Notes under the pieces: model-generated
Seen by the model: only the letters and a program-made list of their open reading frames with translations
Told to the model about the DNA's origin: nothing
Database searches by the model: none
Program-made: the position numbers and the translations under genes
In this document: piece by piece, positions 17,079-26,210 of the stretch
Layout of the letters: each line of letters opens with the position of its first letter
Numbering within the stretch: the first letter of the stretch is position 1
IMG/VR virus record: IMGVR_UViG_3300005466_000027
Coordinates: 7,865-71,864 of that record
Strand: one strand, 5' to 3'
Origin: a virus
DNA length: 64,000 nucleotides

Positions 17079-18259
17079 AGATTTTCAAACTCCAGTTTCG
17101 GATCAATGCCACCAAACGCTGGTCGCTTATCCGCCTCCGGCGCGATGGTCGGCTTGCCTTCCGCACGGCCTACGAGGTTGAGCAGGTCGAGGGTGAGCGC
17201 TTTTTTACCGAGCAACTTTTCCGCTCCACCAGGGCTGACGACAGACCGCTCATACACTTCGTTCTCGCGCAGGTGGGTGTGTTCCAAGAGCAGCTTGGCC
17301 GCTTTCTCTTCATCGGTCCAATAGCGGTTGCCCTGACGACCCTGCACCAGCTTGAATCCCGGCACCACGCCGCCGTTCTTCATGTGCTCCAGAGCATATT
17401 CACGGACGTCGTCCACCCACTGCTTGATGGCATCGCCGTGCGTGAGCACAGCCGCCAGTTGCTCCACGGTGACCGCCTTGACCGGAGGAAAGTGCATTGG
17501 TCCACGATCCACCTTGGCCAGCACTTTCACGTCACGGGTGAAGTCCTTGGTGCGCGCTGTGCAGAACCCCTTGGCGGGGCAGAACCGGCACGCTTTGTCG
17601 CTGGGCTGGAACTCGGTTTCACCGTCAGCCAAGATCAGCTCAGCGGCGACTGTCACCTGTTTGGTGAATTCCAGAATCTCGCCCCAAGTGGTGTCCCAGA
17701 CATGGAATGGGAAATCCTCCGCACCGCGGCCCCGCGGCTGGTAAATGTGGATCGTCACCGGGGAGCCCATCAGCTTGCCCAACGGGATTTCTGTGGCACC
17801 CAGCACCGTGTCCAGTGCAGACCGCGCGTAGATGGCACCCTGAAGATTCTCAAAAGGATCGACGATGACGCCTTGACCATATTTTAGATCAATGACGTGT
17901 GTGTGCCCGTTAGAAATGGTCAGCACGTCCACTTTGCCGTTGCGTTCGGGCATATACCACAAGGGGAATTTGCGCTCGATGAAGGGTTTGCCTCCCAGCT
18001 CTTGGACGTATTCCCAATAGTCCCAGGCGTGCCGACGCATTTCCTTGGTGATAAGTGTTGGGCACTCGGCGGGATTCGGTTCGCGGTTCTCCAGCATAGC
18101 CGCTGCAACCTCGTGGGCGGTGCTTCCTTCCAAGTTCCACACCGTGTCATCGGGTGGCAGTTTGTCAGCGTTCTCCAGAATGAATCGCGGGCTGGCCGTA
18201 CAAGTGACCCACCGTGCGGCGGCAGACGGGTTCAAGTCGAGACGGGGAGTGGATTTCAT
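17075..18259 (-). CDS. DUF2800 family PD-(D/E)xK (Cas4-like) nuclease
   Basis: PSAAARWVTC, EGSTAHE, VD....VIDLKYG, IYQPR, CRFCPAKGFC, PGFKLVQGR..R.W. Confidence 0.92.
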   Translation of the reverse strand: MKSTPRLDLNPSAAARWVTCTASPRFILENADKLPPDDTVWNLEGSTAHEVAAAMLENREPNPAECPTLITKEMRRHAWDYWEYVQELGGKPFIERKFPLWYMPERNGKVDVLTISNGHTHVIDLKYGQGVIVDPFENLQGAIYARSALDTVLGATEIPLGKLMGSPVTIHIYQPRGRGAEDFPFHVWDTTWGEILEFTKQVTVAAELILADGETEFQPSDKACRFCPAKGFCTARTKDFTRDVKVLAKVDRGPMHFPPVKAVTVEQLAAVLTHGDAIKQWVDDVREYALEHMKNGGVVPGFKLVQGRQGNRYWTDEEKAAKLLLEHTHLRENEVYERSVVSPGGAEKLLGKKALTLDLLNLVGRAEGKPTIAPEADKRPAFGGIDPKLEFENL

Positions 18260-18784
18260 TTAAAGGAGACGGAGAAAGGCTTCACGCTCACTACGCGCCC
18301 CAGCGAGGGCGTTGTGGGGATTCGGTTCCTTCGGCAGCCCCAGAGCCGTGCAGATGCCCTCGTGGCTCAAAGACCGGCCCAGCTTGGCGAAAGCCACGGA
18401 GTGCAGATCGAGAGTGCGGTAGCCGAAGGGGAATTTCCGGCCATCGCCGCCGAAATATGGATTACTGATGAAGTCGTGGAGCACCTCGATAAACAGGAGG
18501 TCGAGATGGCCGATGTTGTGCCCAGCCAGAAGTCTGTCTGGGAATTTTGCCGACCACTGCTCGAAGGCTAAATACAGATCATGCGGAAACTGCTTTTTAC
18601 CGGGCTGCACATTCTCTCCCTTGAACCCATTAATCTCTAGCGCCACCGGGTCGACTACCGAGGTGGAGTAGACGGAACATTCACCATAAAACTCTTCACC
18701 GCTGTCGTAGTCCACCGCACCGAGAGAAAGCATGCAGTGTTTCTTCGGGTCTGTGCCCGTGGTTTCAATATCAAGGACGATCAT
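18260..18784 (-). CDS. DEDDh (DnaQ-like) 3'-5' exonuclease
   Basis: LDIETTG, AGHNIGHLD, TLDL, HNALAGA (last Asp replaced by Gly). Confidence 0.85.
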   Translation of the reverse strand: MIVLDIETTGTDPKKHCMLSLGAVDYDSGEEFYGECSVYSTSVVDPVALEINGFKGENVQPGKKQFPHDLYLAFEQWSAKFPDRLLAGHNIGHLDLLFIEVLHDFISNPYFGGDGRKFPFGYRTLDLHSVAFAKLGRSLSHEGICTALGLPKEPNPHNALAGARSEREAFLRLL

Positions 18785-18789
18785 AATTT

Positions 18790-19200
18790 TGGGTTTGGAA
18801 AGTAGCCGGTCATTACGCTGGCCGGAAAGCGGAGACGTGCTGTGTTCAACTGCCCGTTATTATGAGTCACGTCTGACTCATTTTTACATTTACCTGCGAC
18901 TGCGATTGCTCGCATTTCGGCTTGTGGCAGCACTTGGCCCACGGGCTTAGCGGGGCGCGGTTCTCAAGGTAGCCGGTCTTTGCTCTGGGCCGGGACAAGG
19001 CATCGCGTTTTACGAGATGATGCTTTCTCGCTCCCAGGGCCGTACAACTCCGGCTCAAGAAGGTTTGTATTCGCCACGGTTTCCGAGAGCTGGAATACCT
19101 CAACTCTGGAGTATTTCTTCTGCACTGGGTGGAGCAGTGAGAATCCGGTAACGCACTCATGGCTTACGCGCGCCTTGCGGCACTGGTGGACAAAACGGTT
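18790..19200 (-). ncRNA. candidate ~410-nt structured RNA / long leader
   Basis: No credible ORF in an otherwise packed operon; many hairpins, several with GNRA loops on minus strand. Confidence 0.55.
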
Positions 19201-19201
19201 T

Positions 19202-19579
19202 TTACATCGTCAGCGCTTCGATGTCGCGGGCGAAGGCGACATGATTGGCCGCGGGGATGTCGGCGCACTTGGTGCCGCCGTGCTTAGCGATGATCTTCTT
19301 CACATCCTCACCCATACCCGCCTCCACGGCGGGAGCGATGATGGCTTTCAGTTCCTCGGTGGTCTTGCCCTTGACAGCCGGTTCGGCAGGCTTCTCCGGC
19401 TCGGAAGGCGGGGTGCTGGTGGGTTCGGTCGGTGGGCGACCGCGGCCACGCTTGGGCGCGGCTTCACCGGCTGGCGGCGTAGCGGGGGACTCCGGGGTAT
19501 TGTCGGTGGCAGCGCCGCCGAGGTCTTCAAGGATGGCTGCGATGGCGACGGAAATGGCGTCGATGGTGGATTTCTTCAT
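19202..19579 (-). CDS. small replication-module protein (AT-hook-like linker + C-terminal helical domain)
   Basis: PKRGRGRP; C-terminal VKKIIAKHGGTKCADIP domain typical upstream of DUF2800 genes. Confidence 0.7.
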   Translation of the reverse strand: MKKSTIDAISVAIAAILEDLGGAATDNTPESPATPPAGEAAPKRGRGRPPTEPTSTPPSEPEKPAEPAVKGKTTEELKAIIAPAVEAGMGEDVKKIIAKHGGTKCADIPAANHVAFARDIEALTM

Positions 19580-19643
19580 GTGTTTGGTTTTTGTGTTTTT
19601 GGTTGGCCTTACGGCGTAATCCTCCGGTGGTCGGAGAAAGTGG

Positions 19644-20030
19644 TTAAGGTTCGACAGATGCAGTTTTACTAAACTCCATGGCCGCAAAAGCGAGTTCCCG
19701 CCACACAGCCAGGGTGTAGCTCAAACGTGAATTTTCGTCAGGCCACTTTCGGTTGTTGTCGAAAGCAAAAGCAAATTTCTGAGCCGCTTTCATCAGCTTC
19801 TCCTGCGAGGCCAAATTAGTCCGTAGGTTGTTCTGTGCTATGGCAAGCTCAACGTCTTTGATGAAAGCGGCGTGAGCTTGTGGGGGGATATCGGCCAACT
19901 TCGTGCCGCCATGCTTTACTGTTAGCTCTTTAACTTTTTCCCCTTGTCCTGATTCCGCTAACGGGCGAATAAGCTCACGAAGTTCGGATTCAATTTTATC
20001 TGATGGGGCATTGAGAGATTGGGATTTCAT
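19644..20030 (-). CDS. protein whose N-terminal domain is paralogous to 19202-19579 C-terminus
   Basis: GEKVKELTVKHGGTKLADIP..HAAF..D. Confidence 0.65.
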   Translation of the reverse strand: MKSQSLNAPSDKIESELRELIRPLAESGQGEKVKELTVKHGGTKLADIPPQAHAAFIKDVELAIAQNNLRTNLASQEKLMKAAQKFAFAFDNNRKWPDENSRLSYTLAVWRELAFAAMEFSKTASVEP

Positions 20031-20052
20031 AATCTTTTTGTAGTTAACCCTA

Positions 20053-20084
20053 TCTTGCTGAAAATAACAAGAACTATTTTCAAC
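20053..20084 (-). promoter_or_regulatory. leftward promoter-like element, copy 2
   Basis: 27/32 identical to 13142-13173. Confidence 0.5.
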
Positions 20085-22732
20085 TAACCGCAAATTAATT
20101 CCATGCAAAGATTTTTCAGTCCTTTCTTGACACGCTCACCAGCCACGTCACCGACCGTGCTTTCGTCCACACCGCTGCGGCACCAGAGGTAGTGACGGTC
20201 CTGGCCGAAGGAATATCGTCCCACTTGGCGAAATCCCTCTTCGCGCAGGACGTGGGCCAGTTGTTGAGCGGTGACACGGGAGAGGTTCTCTTCGATGTGC
20301 AGCACATCCAAAATTGCCTTGGCGGAAACGATGTCGTACTGGATCAGCGGATAATCGCCTTCCAGGAGCAAGCGGCGCACCGCGGCAGCTACGTCGCTGG
20401 CGGAATCGTTGATGAGGTCTTGAACGTATTTCGTCCGCGGAGCGTGGCCATCGGCGGCGAAGGAGTCGGAGATGTTCCAGTCAGCGAAATAGCTGCGCAG
20501 GGCTCCAGGCTGTTCACGAAGCAGTTTGTAGAGCGGGGGAAAATAATTCTCACCGAGAGCCTGCACTTGGGCTTTGCTCTGCAATGGGCTCTTTACTACG
20601 AAGTAGCGCCGGTCGCCGGGTTGAAGGGCCAGAGCGTCGTGGTGGTTTGAAAAGAGAAGGTAATTGCTGATGTTGCGCACCTCGCGCGTGTCCCGAAATT
20701 TCTGGTTGACACTCACAAAATCATTGGTGATGAGCGGCTTCAAGGCATTCATCACCTCGTACTTGTTCGTCCCGGCTACACGGACTTCCTCCAGCACCAC
20801 AACCTGATGGCCGAAGCTCCATTCATTGTATCCGCTTTTGATCGAGTCGCCGGAAATAATCTTGACGTGTTCGCCGCCTAATATGGCCTTCGCCGCCTCT
20901 GCCAAGTAGGTTTTCCCAGCCCCCTCGACGGATTGGATGAGAATGGCCCAACGGATTTTTCTTCCAGGGGTCTGAACAAGGCTCGCGAAGTAATCGACGA
21001 TGGTTCGGCGGTAGTCAGGTTCCGCGATAAGATTTCGCAGATGACCTTGAAAGATTTCCCCCGCTGCATGGGCGTGCTCCGGGGTAAGATCGGGGTAAGT
21101 AGGGCAATAAGTGTTGACATACTTTCGCCCGCCACTGACGAAAAACACTTCAGTTGGCTGGGATGGATCGTAGGCGTAGTCATAGACCGTGGGAATCTTC
21201 AGGTGGTTGAGCGCGTAATCCGAAGGCGAGACGATAGGTTGAGAAAGGGATTTGGGGGAAACAGGTATACCGGCATTGCGCAAATCTTCTTCCTGGGGCA
21301 AGAGCCAGCGACCGTAAGCAGCGTTGAAAGCTTCCGCCTTGTAGCGCTCTCCCGTGCGGTGCCGGTAGTAGTCCTGCACGGTCGTCACGTAACACACGCC
21401 ACGCGCCCAGAGGGGTTCGCGTTTGCTGGTCGATTCCTGCTGCTCCTGCGTGCGAATCTGCTGCCGGTAATTGGTGATGGCCTTGCGAACGGACGTGGGG
21501 GACATCGGATACGCGAAGCGCTTCTTCACGTTGGTGACGATGTGGTTGATGAGGATGTCTTCCTGCGTCGCGGAGAGGAGGGGAGCAGCGATGATCTTGC
21601 GCGGACCTTCCTCGGTCAAAGCGCTCACCGTGTCCACTTCTTCGATCCACCGGATGAGAGCGGAAAAAGTGGTTTCCTTGACCTTCTTTGCATCCCACCC
21701 AGCAATCTCCGCGGCGCGCAGGAGGGACCGCACGGTGACGGGCAACCGGCCTACCGGCGTGGGCCGCAGGCTCTCCCAGATTTTCCGGGTTTCCTTTTCA
21801 CCTCCATACTTTTGCCCGGTGGCGCTCCACTCGTCGAAGAGAGCCAATGCCTCATCTTCCATCGTGTGGCCGAATTGATGCTTCAGCGCGGCAGCGCAGT
21901 TGAGCCACTCGGGGCGGCTGCAATCACTGTCGATGGCTTCCAGGGCTTCCTTGGCCGTGGCGAAGGTGATTTCCGGCAACGGTGCGCGGAGGAACTCCAA
22001 GGCGTCGATGCTGGCGGCTTCCGTTGAACGGGGTGTATGTGAGTTGGCGCCGTTTTTGTCAACCGTATCTTCCTCAGTGGCGTCGGCATCACCGAGTTCA
22101 TCCCGGCCCAAATCCCGGCCTTCAGCGAAGGTGAGCAACGGATGGTCTTCGTCCGTTGAATCCGAAAACATCACCGGCAAATACATCGGCTGCACCGCCA
22201 CCATGCTCTCACGTGTCACCGAGGGCAACCCCAGCATATCCGCCACCGTCTGTACTGCCTTGGGGTAGTCGGCTACTGGGATGCGGTGCGCTCCCACCAC
22301 GATCCGCATTCGGGGCTTGGCGTGCGTGTGGGACGCCGTGAGGTAGGCAGCGAAGTTGAGCCCGTGGAGAGCCGTGTGCAGGATACGTGGGTCTTTGAAA
22401 AAGGGTGCCGCGGGGTAGCGCCCTGTCTCGACCCACTTGCCGTCGCGCTGTTCTTTCTCCGGGTCGATGTCGAGAAAGATTAGGTTGCAGTGCGTCGCCT
22501 CGGTGTAGACACGCTTGGAAGGCGAAGCCCGGAAGCAGGCAGGCACGAAGTAGGGCACCTGCTTGATTTCATCCCGTCGCTTTTGATCCAAGGCGATAAA
22601 GTCGGCGTGTCGAATCGCAAGCGTGGGGCACACCCGGAACTTTTCCACGACTTCGCGGAAGGTGGTTGCCGTGCTGGCGCTGACTTGACCGGAGACAGAT
22701 TGACCCTGGAAATAGCGGGGAGAAGTGGACAT
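20084..22732 (-). CDS. primase-helicase (primase, PriCT-2, SF3/D5-like NTPase, C-terminal winged-helix-like domain)
   Basis: IFLDID, TASH...RMRIV, W....ALKH...FDEWS...KY, VEGAGKT, VLEEV, FSNH..AL...DRRY. Confidence 0.92.
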   Translation of the reverse strand: MSTSPRYFQGQSVSGQVSASTATTFREVVEKFRVCPTLAIRHADFIALDQKRRDEIKQVPYFVPACFRASPSKRVYTEATHCNLIFLDIDPEKEQRDGKWVETGRYPAAPFFKDPRILHTALHGLNFAAYLTASHTHAKPRMRIVVGAHRIPVADYPKAVQTVADMLGLPSVTRESMVAVQPMYLPVMFSDSTDEDHPLLTFAEGRDLGRDELGDADATEEDTVDKNGANSHTPRSTEAASIDALEFLRAPLPEITFATAKEALEAIDSDCSRPEWLNCAAALKHQFGHTMEDEALALFDEWSATGQKYGGEKETRKIWESLRPTPVGRLPVTVRSLLRAAEIAGWDAKKVKETTFSALIRWIEEVDTVSALTEEGPRKIIAAPLLSATQEDILINHIVTNVKKRFAYPMSPTSVRKAITNYRQQIRTQEQQESTSKREPLWARGVCYVTTVQDYYRHRTGERYKAEAFNAAYGRWLLPQEEDLRNAGIPVSPKSLSQPIVSPSDYALNHLKIPTVYDYAYDPSQPTEVFFVSGGRKYVNTYCPTYPDLTPEHAHAAGEIFQGHLRNLIAEPDYRRTIVDYFASLVQTPGRKIRWAILIQSVEGAGKTYLAEAAKAILGGEHVKIISGDSIKSGYNEWSFGHQVVVLEEVRVAGTNKYEVMNALKPLITNDFVSVNQKFRDTREVRNISNYLLFSNHHDALALQPGDRRYFVVKSPLQSKAQVQALGENYFPPLYKLLREQPGALRSYFADWNISDSFAADGHAPRTKYVQDLINDSASDVAAAVRRLLLEGDYPLIQYDIVSAKAILDVLHIEENLSRVTAQQLAHVLREEGFRQVGRYSFGQDRHYLWCRSGVDESTVGDVAGERVKKGLKNLCMELICG

Positions 22733-22741
22733 GCTGGAAAG

Positions 22742-22990
22742 TTAAGCGACCCCCAGATGACTCGGTTCCATGACACGGTGAACGGTCATGCCTTCGAACG
22801 TGCGGATACCTTTCAACGCTGCATCTGTCGGTCCAGAAGCAAACCGTAAATACTGCTCAGCATAAGCCGTGAGTGCCTTGTCCTCTTCTTCCCCCAAGTA
22901 CAGTGCTGTTGGTCGCACCAGGCCGTTCGCCATCGCGCGGTCAACGGCCACACGGATGCACTTCGAAATGGTGTCTGGGGTGACGTTCAA
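22742..22990 (-). CDS. hypothetical protein (start uncertain, TTG)
   Basis: PTALYLG...TFEGMTVHRV; coupled to upstream stop. Confidence 0.5.
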   Translation of the reverse strand: MNVTPDTISKCIRVAVDRAMANGLVRPTALYLGEEEDKALTAYAEQYLRFASGPTDAALKGIRTFEGMTVHRVMEPSHLGVA

Positions 22991-23205
22991 AAGTCCTCCA
23001 TGGTTAGGGGCTTCGGCTTCAATTCCGCTGCGATTGCTTCCCGGATTGCACCACGGATGGACGAGGCAAAATATGCACGAGTTCCGATTCTGATGTGCCA
23101 AGTCTGGGTAGCATCATCCGCGGCAATATGGATTGACTCGAACGAATCATCCTCCAGCGCTCCGGCCATCTCCACCAATCCCTTCATCAGTTCTTCATCG
23201 GTCAT
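22987..23205 (-). CDS. hypothetical protein ending PLTMEDF
   Basis: ATG 2 nt after upstream stop. Confidence 0.6.
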   Translation of the reverse strand: MTDEELMKGLVEMAGALEDDSFESIHIAADDATQTWHIRIGTRAYFASSIRGAIREAIAAELKPKPLTMEDF

Positions 23206-23207
23206 CG

Positions 23208-23402
23208 TTAAAAGTCCTCCAGCGTGTAGACTTTGTTCCTGCGGGCCGACTCCACTGCCGCCAGGCATCGCTTGGCCTGTTGATACCCTTGGCAGCGGAA
23301 CTCGCTGATGATGCCGTTGATGCTCGGGAGAGGATAACGGTCGGCCAAGGCCGAGATGATCTGGGGTTCGGTGATGCACCGATACTTGGGATGCTGGATC
23401 AT
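23208..23402 (-). CDS. hypothetical protein ending VYTLEDF
   Basis: ATGA overlap with upstream gene. Confidence 0.6.
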   Translation of the reverse strand: MIQHPKYRCITEPQIISALADRYPLPSINGIISEFRCQGYQQAKRCLAAVESARRNKVYTLEDF

Positions 23403-23683
23403 TTGGTGCGAGTAATCTCCGTGTAGTTCTTGAGTTTCCACACACACTCTCCGACGTAGGCATCGTTCAGACGCATAACGGTGGAGTAGCAGTTGTGGTA
23501 GTGTGAGCGGGGAAAAGTGATTGTGCTACGCGGCCCCATATCGTGGATGCAGCGGCGGATCGGACCCCATCTCGACGGCTGCAACTTGTCCTTGGGCTTC
23601 GCGTGTTTTTTGAACAGTCTTCGAAGAGAGTGCAGTTCTTCTGTGATTACGGCGATTCGGCTTTTGATCTGAAGCGGGGTCAT
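23399..23683 (-). CDS. basic hypothetical protein, possible DNA-binding
   Basis: ATGA overlaps both sides. Confidence 0.55.
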   Translation of the reverse strand: MTPLQIKSRIAVITEELHSLRRLFKKHAKPKDKLQPSRWGPIRRCIHDMGPRSTITFPRSHYHNCYSTVMRLNDAYVGECVWKLKNYTEITRTK

Positions 23684-23859
23684 TTGGTGCGGCGGCTCCA
23701 ATGAGGTTGTCCAGCTTTCCCTCCATCTCTGCGGCACCGTTCTCCGATGGTTGCCTTACAGTCAGGGCATGGACGTGAAAGAGCGAAGGTTCGAATTTTT
23801 TTCCGTTCAGCCGGTGTTGCCCGGTCGTAGGTGGTCAGGGAGGATGGTCGTGTTGCCAT
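23680..23859 (-). CDS. 59-aa Zn-finger protein (not in ORF track)
   Basis: Hand-translated: ...RPCPDCKATIGERC...QPHWSRRTK. Confidence 0.6.
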   Translation of the reverse strand: MATRPSSLTTYDRATPAERKKIRTFALSRPCPDCKATIGERCRRDGGKAGQPHWSRRTK

Positions 23860-23930
23860 ACTGATAATTTTGTCAGGCCGTAGCCCGAAAGTAAAAATGC
23901 GTAGTCGAGGGGTAAAAAAAACCGACTGCC

Positions 23931-24164
23931 CTACACCGGCAGCAGGCTATCCAGTGATACGCGGAGCGCGGAGGCAATGCGGATCAGCTTGTCCAGCCGT
24001 GGCTCTTGCGTGCCGCTTTCCAGGCGGCTGATAGCAGCCCCCGCGTCATCGCCGGAGAGGCCGATGGCGTGAGCCAGTTCAAGCTGGGTCATGTGGGCTT
24101 TGGCGCGGGCGCGGGCGACACGTTCGCCGACGTACTCCGCGGCACTGAGGTTGGGGCTGGGCAT
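23931..24164 (-). CDS. XRE-family HTH regulator
   Basis: RARAKAHMTQLELAHAIG...ISRLESG...P.LDKLIRIASALRVSLDSL; TTGACA upstream. Confidence 0.9.
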   Translation of the reverse strand: MPSPNLSAAEYVGERVARARAKAHMTQLELAHAIGLSGDDAGAAISRLESGTQEPRLDKLIRIASALRVSLDSLLPV

Positions 24165-24173
24165 GGACAGAGG

Positions 24174-24638
24174 CTACGCTGGAGGTGTTGAATGTGTCAA
24201 GAGGCGTTCTTCGATTTTATGAGATTTGTAAGCGCCAAACCCTCTTTTAATGTCCCGAATACGGGAACACCTGTTGCACATCCACGGGTTTCCTTCTTTC
24301 GCTAAAAGGGTTTGTTGCTTGATGATTTGATATCCCCCACAGGAGCATTTCAGCACCCAGTAATGACGGTATGTGCCATTGCGTTTTTTATTGGCTTTGG
24401 ATTTTTCACCTCGGTGGACGGAACCAAAAAAACCTACACAGACGCCTTGCCCACGTTTCCTTCCAACAAGATCAGGTAAACCCGGAAATCGAGGTTCCAT
24501 CGGGAATGGGTCTGCACTCCACAAACCATCGCTCAGGTGATCTAAGTGCTCTACATTACAAACTGGTCCCGGCATGACTTGAAGTGCTGCCAGCCGATCT
24601 ACTCCTCCAACGCAATTTTCGATACTGGATGTTTTCAT
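24174..24638 (-). CDS. hypothetical protein with homing-endonuclease-like N-terminal-type Zn motif
   Basis: DLVGRKRG...WVLKCSCG...C..C. Confidence 0.5.
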   Translation of the reverse strand: MKTSSIENCVGGVDRLAALQVMPGPVCNVEHLDHLSDGLWSADPFPMEPRFPGLPDLVGRKRGQGVCVGFFGSVHRGEKSKANKKRNGTYRHYWVLKCSCGGYQIIKQQTLLAKEGNPWMCNRCSRIRDIKRGFGAYKSHKIEERLLTHSTPPA

Positions 24639-24862
24639 GCTCCCATTTTATCAGCGATGGACTCCACCTCTTCGATCCTGCCGCTCAACAGTTTCGCCTC
24701 GAAAGGCAGCTCAGCGAGGAATGGTGCGAGCTGTGTCCGGATGTCCGGTGGCATCGACAGGGCTTTCTTGCGCAGCCAGACTATGCGGCTGGCCACGTTG
24801 CAGACCAGTGCTGGCGCGTGACGGGCAAACGCTTCGCTCGGTGTCCAAGGGTGACCGTTCAT
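24635..24862 (-). CDS. hypothetical protein
   Basis: ATGA-coupled. Confidence 0.5.
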   Translation of the reverse strand: MNGHPWTPSEAFARHAPALVCNVASRIVWLRKKALSMPPDIRTQLAPFLAELPFEAKLLSGRIEEVESIADKMGA

Positions 24863-24869
24863 ATACTTC

Positions 24870-25019
24870 TCAGTTTCCCCACCACAGGCAATAGGTGATC
24901 CAGCCGAGCGTAAAGACAGCGGCAGCCAGGATCAGCCATTGACGGCGGCTGCGGGCGCGCTGTTCGCGCTGCAATCGGGCGTCGGCGGATTCGGTGTAGA
25001 TGGGCGCGTGGTGGTTCAT
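24870..25019 (-). CDS. 49-aa single-TM protein (not in ORF track)
   Basis: MNHHAPIY...RRQWLILAAAVFTLGWITYCLWWGN; ATGA overlap. Confidence 0.55.
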   Translation of the reverse strand: MNHHAPIYTESADARLQREQRARSRRQWLILAAAVFTLGWITYCLWWGN

Positions 25020-25222
25020 GTGGTTTCGATGAGTTCAATTGGACGCCATTCTCCGTGTCCCTCTTCATCCTGCCACCACTGATGGAGCATCCAAGCGTGA
25101 TAGCATTCCGAAGGGTAATACGGGGCGTCGTCGCAATATGTGACGTTGATTACTGGGTCTTTTGGCTCAGATCGGAACACCGATTTCCACGCCAAACGCA
25201 TCGTTGGTTTCTTGGGTGTCAT
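25016..25222 (-). CDS. hypothetical protein
   Basis: LHQWW....GEWRPI small phage protein pattern. Confidence 0.55.
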   Translation of the reverse strand: MTPKKPTMRLAWKSVFRSEPKDPVINVTYCDDAPYYPSECYHAWMLHQWWQDEEGHGEWRPIELIETT

Positions 25223-25770
25223 GGTTGCACCTCCTCTGTGTTCTGATTACCGCCGCATTCCCGTTCATGGAAATCGACCACAGCCTGGAATGGGTGTGTC
25301 GTGGGGCGCGTGATGGGTCGGCGGCAGCAACCGACATCACCTTGAGCAATCACGAGGGTGAAGGCCGTTTCGGAGCAGGGTTCCCAAATTCCTCCGTAGC
25401 ACCATTCGTCTCCGTGGCGGATGGCTTCACCTACCTCCAGCATCCGGTATTCCGGTTGTGGAGGCTCTGGGCGCGTGACAGGCAATTCCACCACGGCATC
25501 TAATTTCTCCTTGAGCTTTTCCACGATCCGAAATTCATCTTCAGTCGTGCCGAGCCGGGAAAGTTTTTCCCGCATGGCGGGTGAGAGGATTTTCTCGACC
25601 ACTCGGAGCTGATACAAGCTCTGCAGCGCTTCCACGATTCCCGAGGCATGGGTGGCCTGCGTGAGCAGGATCGGAGCGCGAAGCGGGTCTGTAGAGAGGA
25701 AGCTGATAGCGGTGGCCCGTAGTTCGCTTTCGAGTTGCTGGGCCAAGGCGATGAGTTTTTGGGTGGTCAT
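25219..25770 (-). CDS. mosaic hypothetical protein
   Basis: YRMLEVGEAIRHGDE module; ATGA overlap. Confidence 0.55.
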   Translation of the reverse strand: MTTQKLIALAQQLESELRATAISFLSTDPLRAPILLTQATHASGIVEALQSLYQLRVVEKILSPAMREKLSRLGTTEDEFRIVEKLKEKLDAVVELPVTRPEPPQPEYRMLEVGEAIRHGDEWCYGGIWEPCSETAFTLVIAQGDVGCCRRPITRPTTHPFQAVVDFHERECGGNQNTEEVQP

Positions 25771-25800
25771 AGATTTTTCTCTTTTGGGCGCGTGGTAGGT

Positions 25801-26112
25801 TTATCTCTGCACCTCTTTGGACGCGGCGAGCGCGGCGCGGGCCGCATGTAGGTCCACAGTGACACCTTCGCCAGTGTGATGACCGCAAGAAATTGAGTCA
25901 ACATGCGCGATGAAATCGGCTTCCGCTTTCTTGATCTGCCCCAGGCTCATACAGCCTTTATGTGATTCTTTTCGTGTGATGTATGCAAGGCACTGTTCCA
26001 GCGCTGTGTGCAACTTCTCCACTTCGGCTAGTGCGGCACCATATTCAACGTAGGTTCCATCGCTGTGAACGCGAGTCACCCCACCTTGTGTTTCGTATCG
26101 TGTCATTTTCAT
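25801..26112 (-). CDS. hypothetical protein
   Basis: MTRY...DGTYVEY; ends ARAALAA. Confidence 0.55.
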   Translation of the reverse strand: MKMTRYETQGGVTRVHSDGTYVEYGAALAEVEKLHTALEQCLAYITRKESHKGCMSLGQIKKAEADFIAHVDSISCGHHTGEGVTVDLHAARAALAASKEVQR

Positions 26113-26210
26113 AAAATAGAGTTTTGATGTTCTGCAGATGGCCGGGGCGCGTGGTCTGACAACGTGGCTTGGCAGCCGGTCAGGGCCACGAACCCCGGCG
26201 TTTTTCCGCA

